Origin: Candidatus Latescibacterota bacterium
Lineage (GTDB): Bacteria; Krumholzibacteriota; Krumholzibacteriia; WVZY01
DNA length: 64,000 nucleotides
Direction of reading: 5' to 3'
NCBI GenBank assembly: GCA_011772205.1
Contig: WVZY01000057.1
Location: 6,190 to 70,189, forward strand
In this document: one piece after another, positions 35,185-45,076 of the stretch
Numbering within the stretch: position 1 is the stretch's first letter
Layout: the number at the start of each line of letters is the position of its first letter
Program-made: the position numbers and the translations under genes
Notes under the pieces: model-generated
Database searches by the model: none
Seen by the model: the letters and a program-made list of their open reading frames with translations, nothing else
What the model was told of the DNA's origin: nothing

Positions 35185-36324
35185 TCAGTATCTGGGAATA
35201 TCAGAATCGATTTCCGCCGCCCAGGCGTTGATTCCACCTTTGAGTTTCCAGACTTTTCGGAAGCCGGCATTCCTGAGAAGATCAACAGCGGTTGCGGAGC
35301 GCACCCCCGTTCTGCAGTAGACGACAATTTCCCTCGTTGGCTCCAGCTCGTGGATGCGAGTTGCGAACTCTCCCAAGGGGATTTTCCGTCCACCGAGATT
35401 GCTGATTTGCGATTCGTACGGCTCGCGAACGTCCAGGAGAAGGATATTCTCGCCAGCCTCGAGCTTGCTTTTGAGCTCTGCTGGAGCTATTTCGGAAACA
35501 TCCACTGCGAGTTGAGTCTCGTCTCCATGCGCACCGCAAAACGCTTCGTAGTCGATGAGTTCTTTTATTGTCGGCTGCTCGCCGCAGACCGGACAATTCG
35601 GGTTCTTTGGTAGCTTGAGTTCGTTGAACCGTATCTTCAACGCATCGAACAGAAGCAGTCGCCCCTTGAGGCTTTCGCCAACGCCGAGAATGATTTTGAT
35701 CGTTTCGTTCGCCTGGATCGTACCGATGATTCCTGGGAGGACACCGAGGATTCCGCTCTCGGAGCAGCTCGGAGCAAGGCCGGGAGGGGGTGGCTCGGGA
35801 TAGAGACAACGATAGCAGGGACCGTCCTCCAAGCTGAAGACCGTTGCCTGGCCCTCGAATCGAAACACGCTGCCGTAAACGTTCGGCTTCCGCAGAAGCA
35901 CGCAGGCGTCGTTGACGAGGTAACGAGTGGGGAAATTATCCGAACCGTCCACTATGATGTCGTACCCGGAAAGGAGGTCGAGGGCGTTGCGGTTTGTCAA
36001 ATGCGTCTTGTGTGCGACGATTTCAATTTCGGGATTCAGCGCCCGAAGGCGATCCCTGCTTACATCGCATTTTGGATGGCCAATTTCTCCCGTCTCGAAC
36101 ATCACCTGGCGCTGGAGATTTGGGAGGTCCACTTCATCGGAGTCGATGAGCCCGATTCGCCCGACTCCGACGGCAGCAAGGTAAAGCCCCAGCGGTGATC
36201 CCAGACCGCCTGCGCCCACCAGAACCACTCTCGCAGCTTTCAGCTTGAGCTGGCCTTCGAGGGCCACCTCCGGCAGAATTAGGTGGCGGCTGTATCGGAG
36301 AATTTCTTCGTGACAAAGCATCAT
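35185..36324 (-). CDS. MoeZ/MoeB-type E1-like adenylyltransferase (ThiF family) with C-terminal rhodanese domain
   Basis: GAGGLGSP nucleotide loop, CxxC...CxxC zinc motif, C-terminal rhodanese with active-site CRTGVRS. Confidence 0.8.
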   Translation of the reverse strand: MMLCHEEILRYSRHLILPEVALEGQLKLKAARVVLVGAGGLGSPLGLYLAAVGVGRIGLIDSDEVDLPNLQRQVMFETGEIGHPKCDVSRDRLRALNPEIEIVAHKTHLTNRNALDLLSGYDIIVDGSDNFPTRYLVNDACVLLRKPNVYGSVFRFEGQATVFSLEDGPCYRCLYPEPPPPGLAPSCSESGILGVLPGIIGTIQANETIKIILGVGESLKGRLLLFDALKIRFNELKLPKNPNCPVCGEQPTIKELIDYEAFCGAHGDETQLAVDVSEIAPAELKSKLEAGENILLLDVREPYESQISNLGGRKIPLGEFATRIHELEPTREIVVYCRTGVRSATAVDLLRNAGFRKVWKLKGGINAWAAEIDSDIPRY

Positions 36325-36808
36325 GGTCTCCCGAGTCTGATCTTATTCCCGCGCTACCCCGAGGCTCGTGATGAGCATGACAGGTCTTGAGCGGAATATC
36401 ATTTAAAAGACCTTGTCTCAAACTGCGCAAGTATAGCATACAGCGCGGATTCAGTGACGCCGATGTCTCGGAATAGGCGATTTCCCCCATGGATCAATAT
36501 AAGACCCACCGGGTCGCATATCCACTCCGAAATTGCCTCCTGAGCTGCATAACCCTTGGCTTGCGAATTGCTTACGCGTTTTCATAAACATGTGGAACTT
36601 TATGATGCCAGTGAGTATAATACGTTAGAGAATGTGCATTTGGCGTTGCCGGGCGCGAAAAGATAAATCCCGAGCCGTTTAGGCAGGGAGTTTTTTGATT
36701 CTTTGTTTCTCGAGTTCAGAGAGAAGGGGACGCGAATCGGATTGTACGTTAAAGGCTTCCGAAGTTCAGAAGACGATCCTCCATAATCCTAGGCACAAGC
36801 CTCGCATC

Positions 36809-36817
36809 GGAAGGAGG
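36809..36817 (+). promoter_or_regulatory. Shine-Dalgarno GGAAGGAGG for the DUF1573 gene
   Basis: Ends 6 nt upstream of ATG 36824. Confidence 0.5.
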
Positions 36818-36823
36818 GGCAGC

Positions 36824-37840
36824 ATGTTTGCCCGCATCATCGTCGTTTTCCTGCTTGTTTGTTCATTCTCTTCCATCGCCCTCGCACAGGATAGCGAGGG
36901 GAACCAGCCGATAGCATATATAAATACACTAGTGCAAGATCTAGGGAATGTCTATGAGCAGGATGTTTATAAGTACACGTTCGTTGTAGAGAACCGCGGC
37001 AAGGCAGAATTGATCATAGAAAATGTCAAGCCGGGGTGAGGCTGCACGGTGGCCAAATACGATAAGGTCATCCCTCCTGGTCAGAAGGGAACAATAGAGT
37101 TCGAAATCGATGGGAAAAGGGTAAGAGGCAGGTTTACAAAGGGTGCAACTATTTACACGAACGATCCCAATCATAGGAAAATGACGGTTACATTGAATGC
37201 CCATATCAAACCTTACATCTTGATAGAACCCGCTTCGAAAGTATTTCTAAAAGGATCCTATGGAGAGCAGGTCGAAAGGGAGATCATTATCTCCTCGAAC
37301 GATGAAAATCTCAGCGAGCCATTCGAAATCACCAAAGTAGAGTCAGATATGGATGACAAGATTACCTACAAAGTGATTTCTGCCGAGGAGCAAGGGAAGT
37401 TCAAACTGAAAGTGATGAAAAACCCAAAGCTCACCGTGCAAAACGCGTTTGGCAGTCTCTTCGTTTACACGAACAACGATAGAGCTCCCAGGAATGTTAT
37501 TCAGGTCCAGGTAACGACAAAGGGCGAAATGGTTGTCAGACCTTCCATCCTCAACTTTGGATTTGTCCCTGAGGCCCGTAAGCACAATGAGGAATCGCCC
37601 GTGCAAAGATCACTTACCATATCAAATTCCAAACATGAATTCGAAATCGAAGACATCACATTTTCAATCGAAGGGTACAGGGCAAAGGTGGATCCCATTG
37701 AGGATGGAAAAAGCTATAGAGTTACAGTCGATTTCTTTCCTCAAAGCGGCGGCAGGAACTATATTGGACAAATGGTAATTCATACCAGCGATCCTCGTGA
37801 ACCATTGGTAAACGTCCGTCTCATCGCCCGATTTCGATAA
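36824..37840 (+). CDS. Secreted multi-repeat DUF1573 protein whose frame contains one in-frame TGA (37037-37039) at the first Cys of the conserved CGCT motif. Candidate selenoprotein (U-G-C-T); alternatively a recent nonsense pseudogene.
   Basis: ORF 36695..37039 and ORF 37049..37840 are in the same frame, separated only by the TGA. The translated junction ELIIENVKPG-[TGA]-GCTVAKYDKVIPPGQKGTIEFEID aligns with the DUF1573 core motif (...SCGCTVPEWPK.PI.PG..G.I.V.F). Signal peptide MFARIIVVFLLVCSFSSIALA. Further DUF1573-like Ig repeats lie downstream. Confidence 0.5.
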
Positions 37841-37852
37841 ATCGGATGGTGA

Positions 37853-38938
37853 TTGGCAAATGAGTATGCGCATTTCCGGCGGCCCGGTACCTTTAAACGT
37901 CAGCCAGAGGAAAACACTGTGAGAAAGTCGCTGCTTGTTACTCTCGTCGCCTGCATGGCAGCCTTACTGATTAGCATCGCATGTGCCGAGAAATCTCCAG
38001 CAGAGGAACCGGTTGCGAATAAGTCTTCCGGCATGGAATCCTCCTCGGAGAATTCGCCTGCACAGGATTACGAATCGGAGCTGTCGTCCGAGAAGGCGTA
38101 CGAGAGGGTTATGAGGGAAATCAGAGATATCGAAAAAAGCCCGCTCGCCAAGCGAGAACCGATCAAAGCAATCGAGAAGATCGAAGGAAAGTTCCGGGCG
38201 TTTATAGAGGAATATCCGGGATCAAAAGAATCGCATGATGCGATGTTCCAGCTTGGAGTGCTTTACAACCACCTCCAAAAACCTGAGAAAGCGATACTGC
38301 ATTTGGAAAAATATCTGTCTTCAGCCTCCGATGCTGATGAGAACAAAGTAGCCTTTGCTCATTATTCTATCGCAGAGGCATACAAGAACGCCGGTAACTT
38401 CGATGCAGCGAAAAAGCATTATCGGATCGTCGTAGATCGGTATGCGAGTGTAAACACTCAGCTCTTGGGAATGGCTCGCACGAATCTCGAGGACATGGAT
38501 GTCATTCAAAGGCTTGCCATAGGGAAAGAACCGATTCCCTTTGAGGTGACGGACCTCAATGGGTCCTCCCTGTCTTTAGAGAAGTACAAGGGCAAGGTGG
38601 TTCTGCTAGATTTTTGGGCAACCTGGTGCGCACCGTGTTTGCAGGAAATGCCGAATGTAAAGCGGATCTATAAGCAGTATCATCAGCAAGGCTTTGAGAT
38701 AATAGGGATTTCGCTCGATAGCAACCGTAATGCTCTGGAGAAATACGTAAGGAGGAACGATATCAAGTGGCCGCAGCACTTCGATGGAAAAGCCTGGAAC
38801 AATGAAGTCGCAAAGAAGTACAAGGTGCGGTCAATCCCGGCAACATTCCTCCTGGATCGAAGCGGGAAGATTCGCTATAAATCCGTGAGAGGTTCTCGGC
38901 TTGCCCAGGCTGTTGAGAAGCTAGTGAAAGAAAAATAG
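37853..38938 (+). CDS. TPR-containing TlpA/ResA-like thiol-disulfide oxidoreductase (thioredoxin fold, WCAPC active site), membrane-anchored or secreted
   Basis: C-terminal VVLLDFWATWCAPCLQEMP redoxin motif. N-terminal hydrophobic anchor. Likely start is GTG 37919 (RBS AGAGGAAAA) rather than ATG 37853. Confidence 0.75.
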   Translation: MANEYAHFRRPGTFKRQPEENTVRKSLLVTLVACMAALLISIACAEKSPAEEPVANKSSGMESSSENSPAQDYESELSSEKAYERVMREIRDIEKSPLAKREPIKAIEKIEGKFRAFIEEYPGSKESHDAMFQLGVLYNHLQKPEKAILHLEKYLSSASDADENKVAFAHYSIAEAYKNAGNFDAAKKHYRIVVDRYASVNTQLLGMARTNLEDMDVIQRLAIGKEPIPFEVTDLNGSSLSLEKYKGKVVLLDFWATWCAPCLQEMPNVKRIYKQYHQQGFEIIGISLDSNRNALEKYVRRNDIKWPQHFDGKAWNNEVAKKYKVRSIPATFLLDRSGKIRYKSVRGSRLAQAVEKLVKEK

Positions 38939-38973
38939 AATAACTGATCCTGCTTAATCGCGCATTCGTTTCT

Positions 38974-40257
38974 TCACGATGTCGCGCGACTTGCGCGAAC
39001 CCAACTGTCAATAATCTCCAGCTCTTTATCTGTTCGTTCGTCCCAGCTCGTAAAATTCTCCATCGCATACTTCTTTGCATTGAGGCCGAGCGCCGCTCGC
39101 TTCTCCTCGTTGTTCGCAAGATCTGTAATTGCTCTGGCAAGAGCTTCGATATCACCGTCAGGGACTGTGCAGCCCGTTTCATTCTCCTTGACCGCTTTCT
39201 TGGTGTCCCCAACATCGAAAGCGACAACCGGTACTCCGCAGACAAATGCCTCGAATGTCGGGATCGCCATATTTGTAAGATTGCTCGTGGAAATAAATAT
39301 GTCTGAAGCGCAAAACACGTCCGGAACACGTGAATGAGGAACCGGTCCCATGAACCGCGTGTGCTCTGCAACTTTCGAGCGAGCAGCCAGCGCGACGCTC
39401 GAGGCCTTCAATGGACCGCCGCCGACGAAAAGGAAGATCGCCTCTCTCTCGGCAAGCTCCAGGACACGGGGGATCGAACGTATAACGGCTTCAGGTCTCT
39501 TTGATGGTACGAAGCGGGAGAGAAAAAGCACCACGCATGCATCTCGAGGAATGCGCATTTCCTTTCGTATCTTCTCCCGGTTGCATGCATGATCCGCCCA
39601 CTCGAGGTTTATGCCGTTCGGGAGAAAGTGAATTTTTTCGTTACTTACACCGTGCCGTAGAAGGGCTTCGCGTCCTTTTGTGCCGTCGTCCAAGACGATC
39701 CATAAATCCTGAGGAAACTTGAGCGCCAGCATCTGCTCGGCGTTTTTATACAGGTACTTCCACCGCGGCCATTGCGTATGGACGAGGTCCATCACACCGA
39801 ATAGCTTGACTCCGGTGGGCAACGATCGGAGCTTTCGTAGCATGAACGTTGCAGCTGTGCTGTAGTGGGAATGGCCAAGCACGAAGTCGGGTTTGAGAGC
39901 GCGGGCGAGAAGGAGTGCTCTTGGAATGACAACGGAGTTGAAAAGAAAAGGAAGGAGCAAACGCCTCAGGAATGTCGGCAAGTTTGAAATCGCCTTGAAA
40001 AAGTTGGGATATGTGTGCGTGTGAAAGTTTTCGATGTCGGGTTGGCTTCCCGGTTCACCTTTTGGGATAAGGAAATGAAGTTCGTAATCGTGCTTCGTGA
40101 ACTTGTTGACAAACTCGTAGTCATCCGATACACCTGCGTCGCCTCCGAGCGACCACATGCTCTCCCATGGGGATATTACCAGGAGCTTTTTTCTGCAGCT
40201 ATTTTTCTCTTTGCTTATTTCCACTGAAATGCGGTGCACGTGCCGGTGCGGTGCCAC
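38974..40257 (-). CDS. Glycosyltransferase family 4 (GT-B fold)
   Basis: EAFVCGVPVVAFDVGD C-terminal GT4 signature. About 425 aa. Confidence 0.7.
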   Translation of the reverse strand: MAPHRHVHRISVEISKEKNSCRKKLLVISPWESMWSLGGDAGVSDDYEFVNKFTKHDYELHFLIPKGEPGSQPDIENFHTHTYPNFFKAISNLPTFLRRLLLPFLFNSVVIPRALLLARALKPDFVLGHSHYSTAATFMLRKLRSLPTGVKLFGVMDLVHTQWPRWKYLYKNAEQMLALKFPQDLWIVLDDGTKGREALLRHGVSNEKIHFLPNGINLEWADHACNREKIRKEMRIPRDACVVLFLSRFVPSKRPEAVIRSIPRVLELAEREAIFLFVGGGPLKASSVALAARSKVAEHTRFMGPVPHSRVPDVFCASDIFISTSNLTNMAIPTFEAFVCGVPVVAFDVGDTKKAVKENETGCTVPDGDIEALARAITDLANNEEKRAALGLNAKKYAMENFTSWDERTDKELEIIDSWVRASRATS

Positions 40258-40268
40258 TTGGGAGTCTC

Positions 40269-41126
40269 TCAGGCAATGGGATTAGTAAGTGTTCCCAGGA
40301 GTTCGATAGTCGCTTTGAGCACATCTCCTCTTTTCAAAAACCTCTGGGGGGTGGCGAACACCCCGACGCCAGCAGGAGTTCCCGTTGCAACGATGTCTCC
40401 CGGTTCGAGCGTCATGCTGTGCGAGAGGTAATGGACCAGGTAATCGATTTTGAAGGTCATTTCCCCGGTGTTGCTCGATTGCCTCGCTTTACCGTTTACT
40501 TCGAGAGAAATCTTGAGGCTGTGTGGATCGCTCACTTCGTCGGACGTCACCAAGAAAGGTCCAAATGGGGCGAAGCCGTCGAAGCTCTTCGCTCTGAACC
40601 ACTGCTTCTCGCGAAATTGGATGTCCCTCGCGCTGATATCCATGAACACGGCGTAACCGGCGATATGCTCCGCCGCATCGTCGGCCGCAACATTTTTGGC
40701 GCGCTTCCCAATAACAAAAGCAAGCTCGACCTCATGGTCCAGCTGAGTAACGCCATGAGGTATCGGGATTGGGTCTCCCTCGCCGATCAGCGCGCTCGGT
40801 GCTTTGGCGAATGTCAGCGGCCAATCGGGTACGCTTCTGCCTTGTTCTTTTGCGTGGTCTCTGTAGTTGAGGCCCAGGCAAACGATCTTGGAAGGATTCG
40901 TGACTGGCGGCCCTAGGCGCACACTTGAGAGCGCGAGCACGGCCTTCGGATCCAAAGAGGATGCGTTGTCCAGAATCCTAGCGATGCGGAAAATTCCGTC
41001 AGCCTCGAGGATGCCGCGTACGGTTTGAGGAAGGGACGTATCCACTGCGAGGAGGTCGATTACCTGATCACCGTGGAGGACACCAGGCTTCTCCTGTTCT
41101 TTGGGACCAAAACTGACGATCTTCAT
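40269..41126 (-). CDS. Fumarylacetoacetate hydrolase (FAH) family protein
   Basis: CLGLNYRDHA, ELAFVIGK motifs typical of FAH/HpaG-type hydratases. Confidence 0.8.
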   Translation of the reverse strand: MKIVSFGPKEQEKPGVLHGDQVIDLLAVDTSLPQTVRGILEADGIFRIARILDNASSLDPKAVLALSSVRLGPPVTNPSKIVCLGLNYRDHAKEQGRSVPDWPLTFAKAPSALIGEGDPIPIPHGVTQLDHEVELAFVIGKRAKNVAADDAAEHIAGYAVFMDISARDIQFREKQWFRAKSFDGFAPFGPFLVTSDEVSDPHSLKISLEVNGKARQSSNTGEMTFKIDYLVHYLSHSMTLEPGDIVATGTPAGVGVFATPQRFLKRGDVLKATIELLGTLTNPIA

Positions 41127-41260
41127 TTCACTTCAATTATAAACCGGCCGCTCTTGGGAAGTCACTCGTAAAGAAGTATTTTTTTAAGGAACGAACAAGG
41201 CGGGGGACTTCATGATGAATGACATTGATGTTTCCTTCGGATGGAGAGGGGGGATCCCTT

Positions 41261-43114
41261 CTAAATGGCCTCGGCTTTCAAACTGTGGAGGCGCGAGAGA
41301 AACTCTTTCGCATCTACAAAACCGACGACGCGAAGATCTTCTCTCTCATTTCCGTCCTGGTCGACGAAGATCACAGTGGGGACACCGCGTATCCGGAATA
41401 TTTTCCTCAGTCGCACGTTCGCTTCGGAGCCTGCTTGAGTCAAATCGGCCTTCAATCTGACGAACTCCTCCGTCGCTTTGACCACATCGTCTTGCGAAAA
41501 GGTCTTATGGTCGAGTTCTTTACAAGGGATGCACCAGTCCGCGGAGAAGTCGATTAGGACAAAGCGGCCTTCCACCTTGGCTTTGGCCAGCATGTCATCG
41601 CTGTACGGCTCCCACTTGATTCCTATTTCCTCGGCCGTTCCGAATAAGATAGTAGATGAGAAGATGATGTATAATCCCAGGATCGGGCCGATGATGCCTA
41701 TGGCACGTCGAAGCGCGCGGAAAAAAGGCGCTGTACTTTCTGATCTGACCACGAATCCAAGAACGATTCCACAGGCGATGATAACAAGCCCTAACACGAG
41801 CGCGTACAGCCAGCTTGCCATGATCGGCTTCAGGAAATACACGGCCATTGCAAGAAGTATCCCGCCGAACAACTTTCTCACCCACTCCATCCATTCGCCG
41901 GATTTTGGCAGCTTCGAGATGCTTCCGGATATCACGGCGAGGACAACGAAAGGCAAACCGAGGCCGACGGCAAGAGTAAAGAACAGGGAAAATCCGAGAG
42001 CCGGGTTGCCGCTCTCGCCGACGAATGTGAGAAGACCCAGGACGAATGGACCGATGCAGGGTGCTGCGACGATTCCAACGGTAAGGCCCATGAAAAAAGC
42101 TCCCATCGCGCCCTGCTTCGATGTTCCGGCAACATTGCTTAATTTTGCAGGAATACGGATCTCATAAAAGCCGAACATCGACAGGGCCAATCCGACGAGC
42201 ACGAGGGCGACGAAAGCGAGCACATATGGGTTTTGGAGCGCTGAGCCGAACAGACTTCCCGTCAACGATGCGATCAGCCCCAACGAGGAATACATGATAG
42301 CCATGCCGAGCAGATACAGTATTGCGAGAAAAACCGTTCTCGAGCTCTTTCCTCTGCTCTGTCCTCCGAAGTAGCTCACAGTTATTGGAATCATCGGATA
42401 CACGCAGGGAGTGAGATTGAGCGCCATACCGGCGATGAAAACGGTGAGAAAAGCGAGTAGCAAACCTTTCGTTGCGATCAAGCGGCTCAGCGTGCCCTCG
42501 CGTATGCCTGCTCCATCGTCGGATGTGGTAGGGGGGGATGTGAGGCCGAAATTTATTTTGGAAAATATTTCCGTGTGGATCGCGTCGATCGCCTCCGTTG
42601 GGGGAGATACCCTGAACGGAATCACAAGCGGTTCATTCACCGGTGCAATGCACTTCTCGTTGTCGCATGCTTGGTAGGTGAGTGTGGCCACAACCGTGGT
42701 ATCCCCCAGAGGGAAATCTTTTGCCACCCCAATAAGAACGCCTACAAACACTTCACCTTCGTATAGGGCCAGCGGTTTGTCCGAAAACGAAAGGCGCTTT
42801 TCGGTCGCATTCGGATAGATGATCTTCCGGACGTCTATTCCGGGAGCGGTTTCAAGAGATATCGATGTGGGAATCAGGTATTCGTCGTTCACCTCATGGG
42901 CGTTGATGTGCCAGTGACCGCCGATGCGGACTGCCACGGCGACAGGTATGGTACCTCCTTGCGAAACGCTGCTAAAACCGGTGTAGGCGCGCAGGGTAAC
43001 CGGGTCCTCGATATAATCGAGGTTGAATTCGCTCGATCTTGCGATCGACACAAGTGCAAGCATAGCTACGAAGACCCCGAGCACCCAATAGATGAATCGC
43101 ATTCGTGACAGCAT
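41261..43114 (-). CDS. dsbD: Thiol:disulfide interchange protein DsbD (alpha domain, cytochrome c biogenesis TM core, C-terminal thioredoxin)
   Basis: N-terminal Cys pair (CDNEKC), TM-core cysteines (CVYPMIP, APCIGPF), C-terminal WCIPC thioredoxin motif. Confidence 0.85.
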   Translation of the reverse strand: MLSRMRFIYWVLGVFVAMLALVSIARSSEFNLDYIEDPVTLRAYTGFSSVSQGGTIPVAVAVRIGGHWHINAHEVNDEYLIPTSISLETAPGIDVRKIIYPNATEKRLSFSDKPLALYEGEVFVGVLIGVAKDFPLGDTTVVATLTYQACDNEKCIAPVNEPLVIPFRVSPPTEAIDAIHTEIFSKINFGLTSPPTTSDDGAGIREGTLSRLIATKGLLLAFLTVFIAGMALNLTPCVYPMIPITVSYFGGQSRGKSSRTVFLAILYLLGMAIMYSSLGLIASLTGSLFGSALQNPYVLAFVALVLVGLALSMFGFYEIRIPAKLSNVAGTSKQGAMGAFFMGLTVGIVAAPCIGPFVLGLLTFVGESGNPALGFSLFFTLAVGLGLPFVVLAVISGSISKLPKSGEWMEWVRKLFGGILLAMAVYFLKPIMASWLYALVLGLVIIACGIVLGFVVRSESTAPFFRALRRAIGIIGPILGLYIIFSSTILFGTAEEIGIKWEPYSDDMLAKAKVEGRFVLIDFSADWCIPCKELDHKTFSQDDVVKATEEFVRLKADLTQAGSEANVRLRKIFRIRGVPTVIFVDQDGNEREDLRVVGFVDAKEFLSRLHSLKAEAI

Positions 43115-43282
43115 AACTTATTACCTTATAATAGATTATAAATATTAGCGATGATTCTCCGCTTGCCAAAACGGTGCGGCAAGCAAGCTCTGACAAGATT
43201 CTCGACTATGTAATATACAACGGGAAGCGGCCTTCGGATGCATTTTTTTGCGATGAAAATAGCCGACCCGCGATGGTCGCCT

Positions 43283-44167
43283 CTACAACAACTTGTAAGT
43301 CACACCCAGGGACATTGTCTGCTTGAAGCGCCCGGCAAGATCGATCTCCTTGTCGTAGAGCACCTGCAGGTAGAAATTCATGATCAGGTACTTGGTGAGG
43401 TGGACGGTAAGAATGTTCTCGAAGTTTACGTCCGGATATTTCCAGTAATCCTCTTCCGGCAGACCTTTGAGTTCATCCGACTCCGTTGAATACACGGCCT
43501 GAAACACGGTGAGCTTGCTGGTAAATGCGAGTTTTTCCTTTGCCAGGGGCGTGGTGAAGTCGTTAACGAATTCGAATCCGCCAATTGTGGCCGTTTCCGT
43601 ATCTCGAGTGCCCGTATCCGGATCGAGCACGTCCCTGTATATTAACTCTCTAAAACCGGCTCCCAGACGCGCCATCCACTCGCGCTTTTCATCTTTGATG
43701 AAGACCTTTGCAATCCCCAACGTCTCGGTGATATCCAGCGGGTTCAACCAGCGGTCTTTTGCTGGGTCGCTCTGGTCGATAAATTGCGTGATCACTCTCA
43801 GGGCGAGGATGGGATCGACGAAGCCGCCTAGAGTAAAACGGAATGTGGACTCCAGATCTATGAGATCCGTCGATTTCACCGGCGACAGCCATTTTTTCGT
43901 ATCCGGGTCTTGATTGTGCGTCTGACCGAAGAGCAGTTTTAGCGTATTCTTGTTGTGGATCCAATTGTTCAGCTGTTTCTCGGCCAGCGTGTTGGAGTTG
44001 AACTGCCAGGTCAGTGAGCCGGATTCCCCTCCCACCCAGTTATCACTGTAAGCATTTTGCGCGAGCGTGAGATTCAAATCCGCGGAGAGATTCCAATCCT
44101 CTGCAGCCGCATCCATGGAACTGGTCATGATAACAGAAAAAGAGAGTAACAAAACAAGGGTCTTCAT
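43283..44167 (-). CDS. Outer-membrane beta-barrel protein (DUF3078-like), signal peptide
   Basis: Signal peptide, alternating amphipathic beta pattern, C-terminal LGVTYKLL. Family assignment from memory only. Confidence 0.45.
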   Translation of the reverse strand: MKTLVLLLSFSVIMTSSMDAAAEDWNLSADLNLTLAQNAYSDNWVGGESGSLTWQFNSNTLAEKQLNNWIHNKNTLKLLFGQTHNQDPDTKKWLSPVKSTDLIDLESTFRFTLGGFVDPILALRVITQFIDQSDPAKDRWLNPLDITETLGIAKVFIKDEKREWMARLGAGFRELIYRDVLDPDTGTRDTETATIGGFEFVNDFTTPLAKEKLAFTSKLTVFQAVYSTESDELKGLPEEDYWKYPDVNFENILTVHLTKYLIMNFYLQVLYDKEIDLAGRFKQTMSLGVTYKLL

Positions 44168-44200
44168 GATTCCTCCGATCTTTAGAGTAGAGGTGCGGTC

Positions 44201-44836
44201 TCATCGTTTGCATGCGAGGGTGATCCCATCTCTTATCGCCAGCATAACGGCGTCCACCCGCCGGTCGTTCCTTACGTGATTGTTAAAAGCGGCCAGCGCC
44301 CGATCGGATTTTTCCTTTGGCGCGAGCACGCGACCGCTCCATAACACGTTGTCCGCAATGATGACACCCCCCGAGCGGATTTTCGGCATGCATTCATCCC
44401 AGTAGCGGATATAGTTTTCCTTATCTGCATCGATGAACACCAGATCGAATGGACCTTCGATTTCCTCGATAGTCTGCAGGGCCGGTCCGAGTTTGAGTTC
44501 GATTTTCCTTCCGTGAGGACTCGAGTCCCAGTATCGACGCGCAATTCCCGTTGCTCTTGGGTCGATGTCGCATGTGATGAGCCGGCCGTCTTCTGGAAGC
44601 GCTTCGGCCATCATGAGCGCACTGTATCCGGTAAAACTTCCAATTTCGAGAATCCGTCGGGCACTCGTTATCTTTACTAGAAGTTTCAGGAATACTCCCT
44701 CCACGCGTCCGATGAGCATTTGGGGATTCGACATTGTGGCGTGTGTTTCCTCCGCCAGTTTTTTTAGTAGGGGGGATTCGGGGGAGGTGTTGTCGGCACA
44801 GTAGTCTTCGATTTTCTTGGGGATGAAGTTCAACAT
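44201..44836 (-). CDS. Class I SAM-dependent O-methyltransferase (caffeoyl-CoA OMT-like, PF01596)
   Basis: LEIGSFTGYSAL (motif I), FDLVFIDADKENY, metal-binding D residues. Confidence 0.8.
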   Translation of the reverse strand: MLNFIPKKIEDYCADNTSPESPLLKKLAEETHATMSNPQMLIGRVEGVFLKLLVKITSARRILEIGSFTGYSALMMAEALPEDGRLITCDIDPRATGIARRYWDSSPHGRKIELKLGPALQTIEEIEGPFDLVFIDADKENYIRYWDECMPKIRSGGVIIADNVLWSGRVLAPKEKSDRALAAFNNHVRNDRRVDAVMLAIRDGITLACKR

Positions 44837-45076
44837 TCCACTTTTTCTCCTTTACTGCGGATTGCGATGTGTGTTGGGAAAGGGTATTTGAATCCCATAG
44901 AAGAGATGAGTCAGTCTAGCATACGAAATCGTGCGGCGCGTGGCAAGGAAATGACCCGTAGATATTGCAATGAATAAGAAGGGCGCCTGATTGCAATCAG
45001 CCGGTGGCGGAGATCGGGGCAGGCAAGAGGGAAGCGTTTTGGCAAACCAATCCAAAATCCCAATGATCTGGGAGTC

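Noticed and set aside
36695-37039. Treating 36695..37039 and 37049..37840 as two independent genes
   Set aside because: The second ORF begins mid-domain (GTG within the GCTVA motif) with no RBS. The only separation is a TGA at a conserved Cys. A single recoded or mutated gene explains it better.
40167-40916. 249-aa +-strand ORF
   Set aside because: Antisense to the FAH-family gene, which has strong family motifs. No start or RBS support.
41478-42167. 229-aa +-strand ORF
   Set aside because: Antisense to dsbD (clear Cys motifs on the minus frame).
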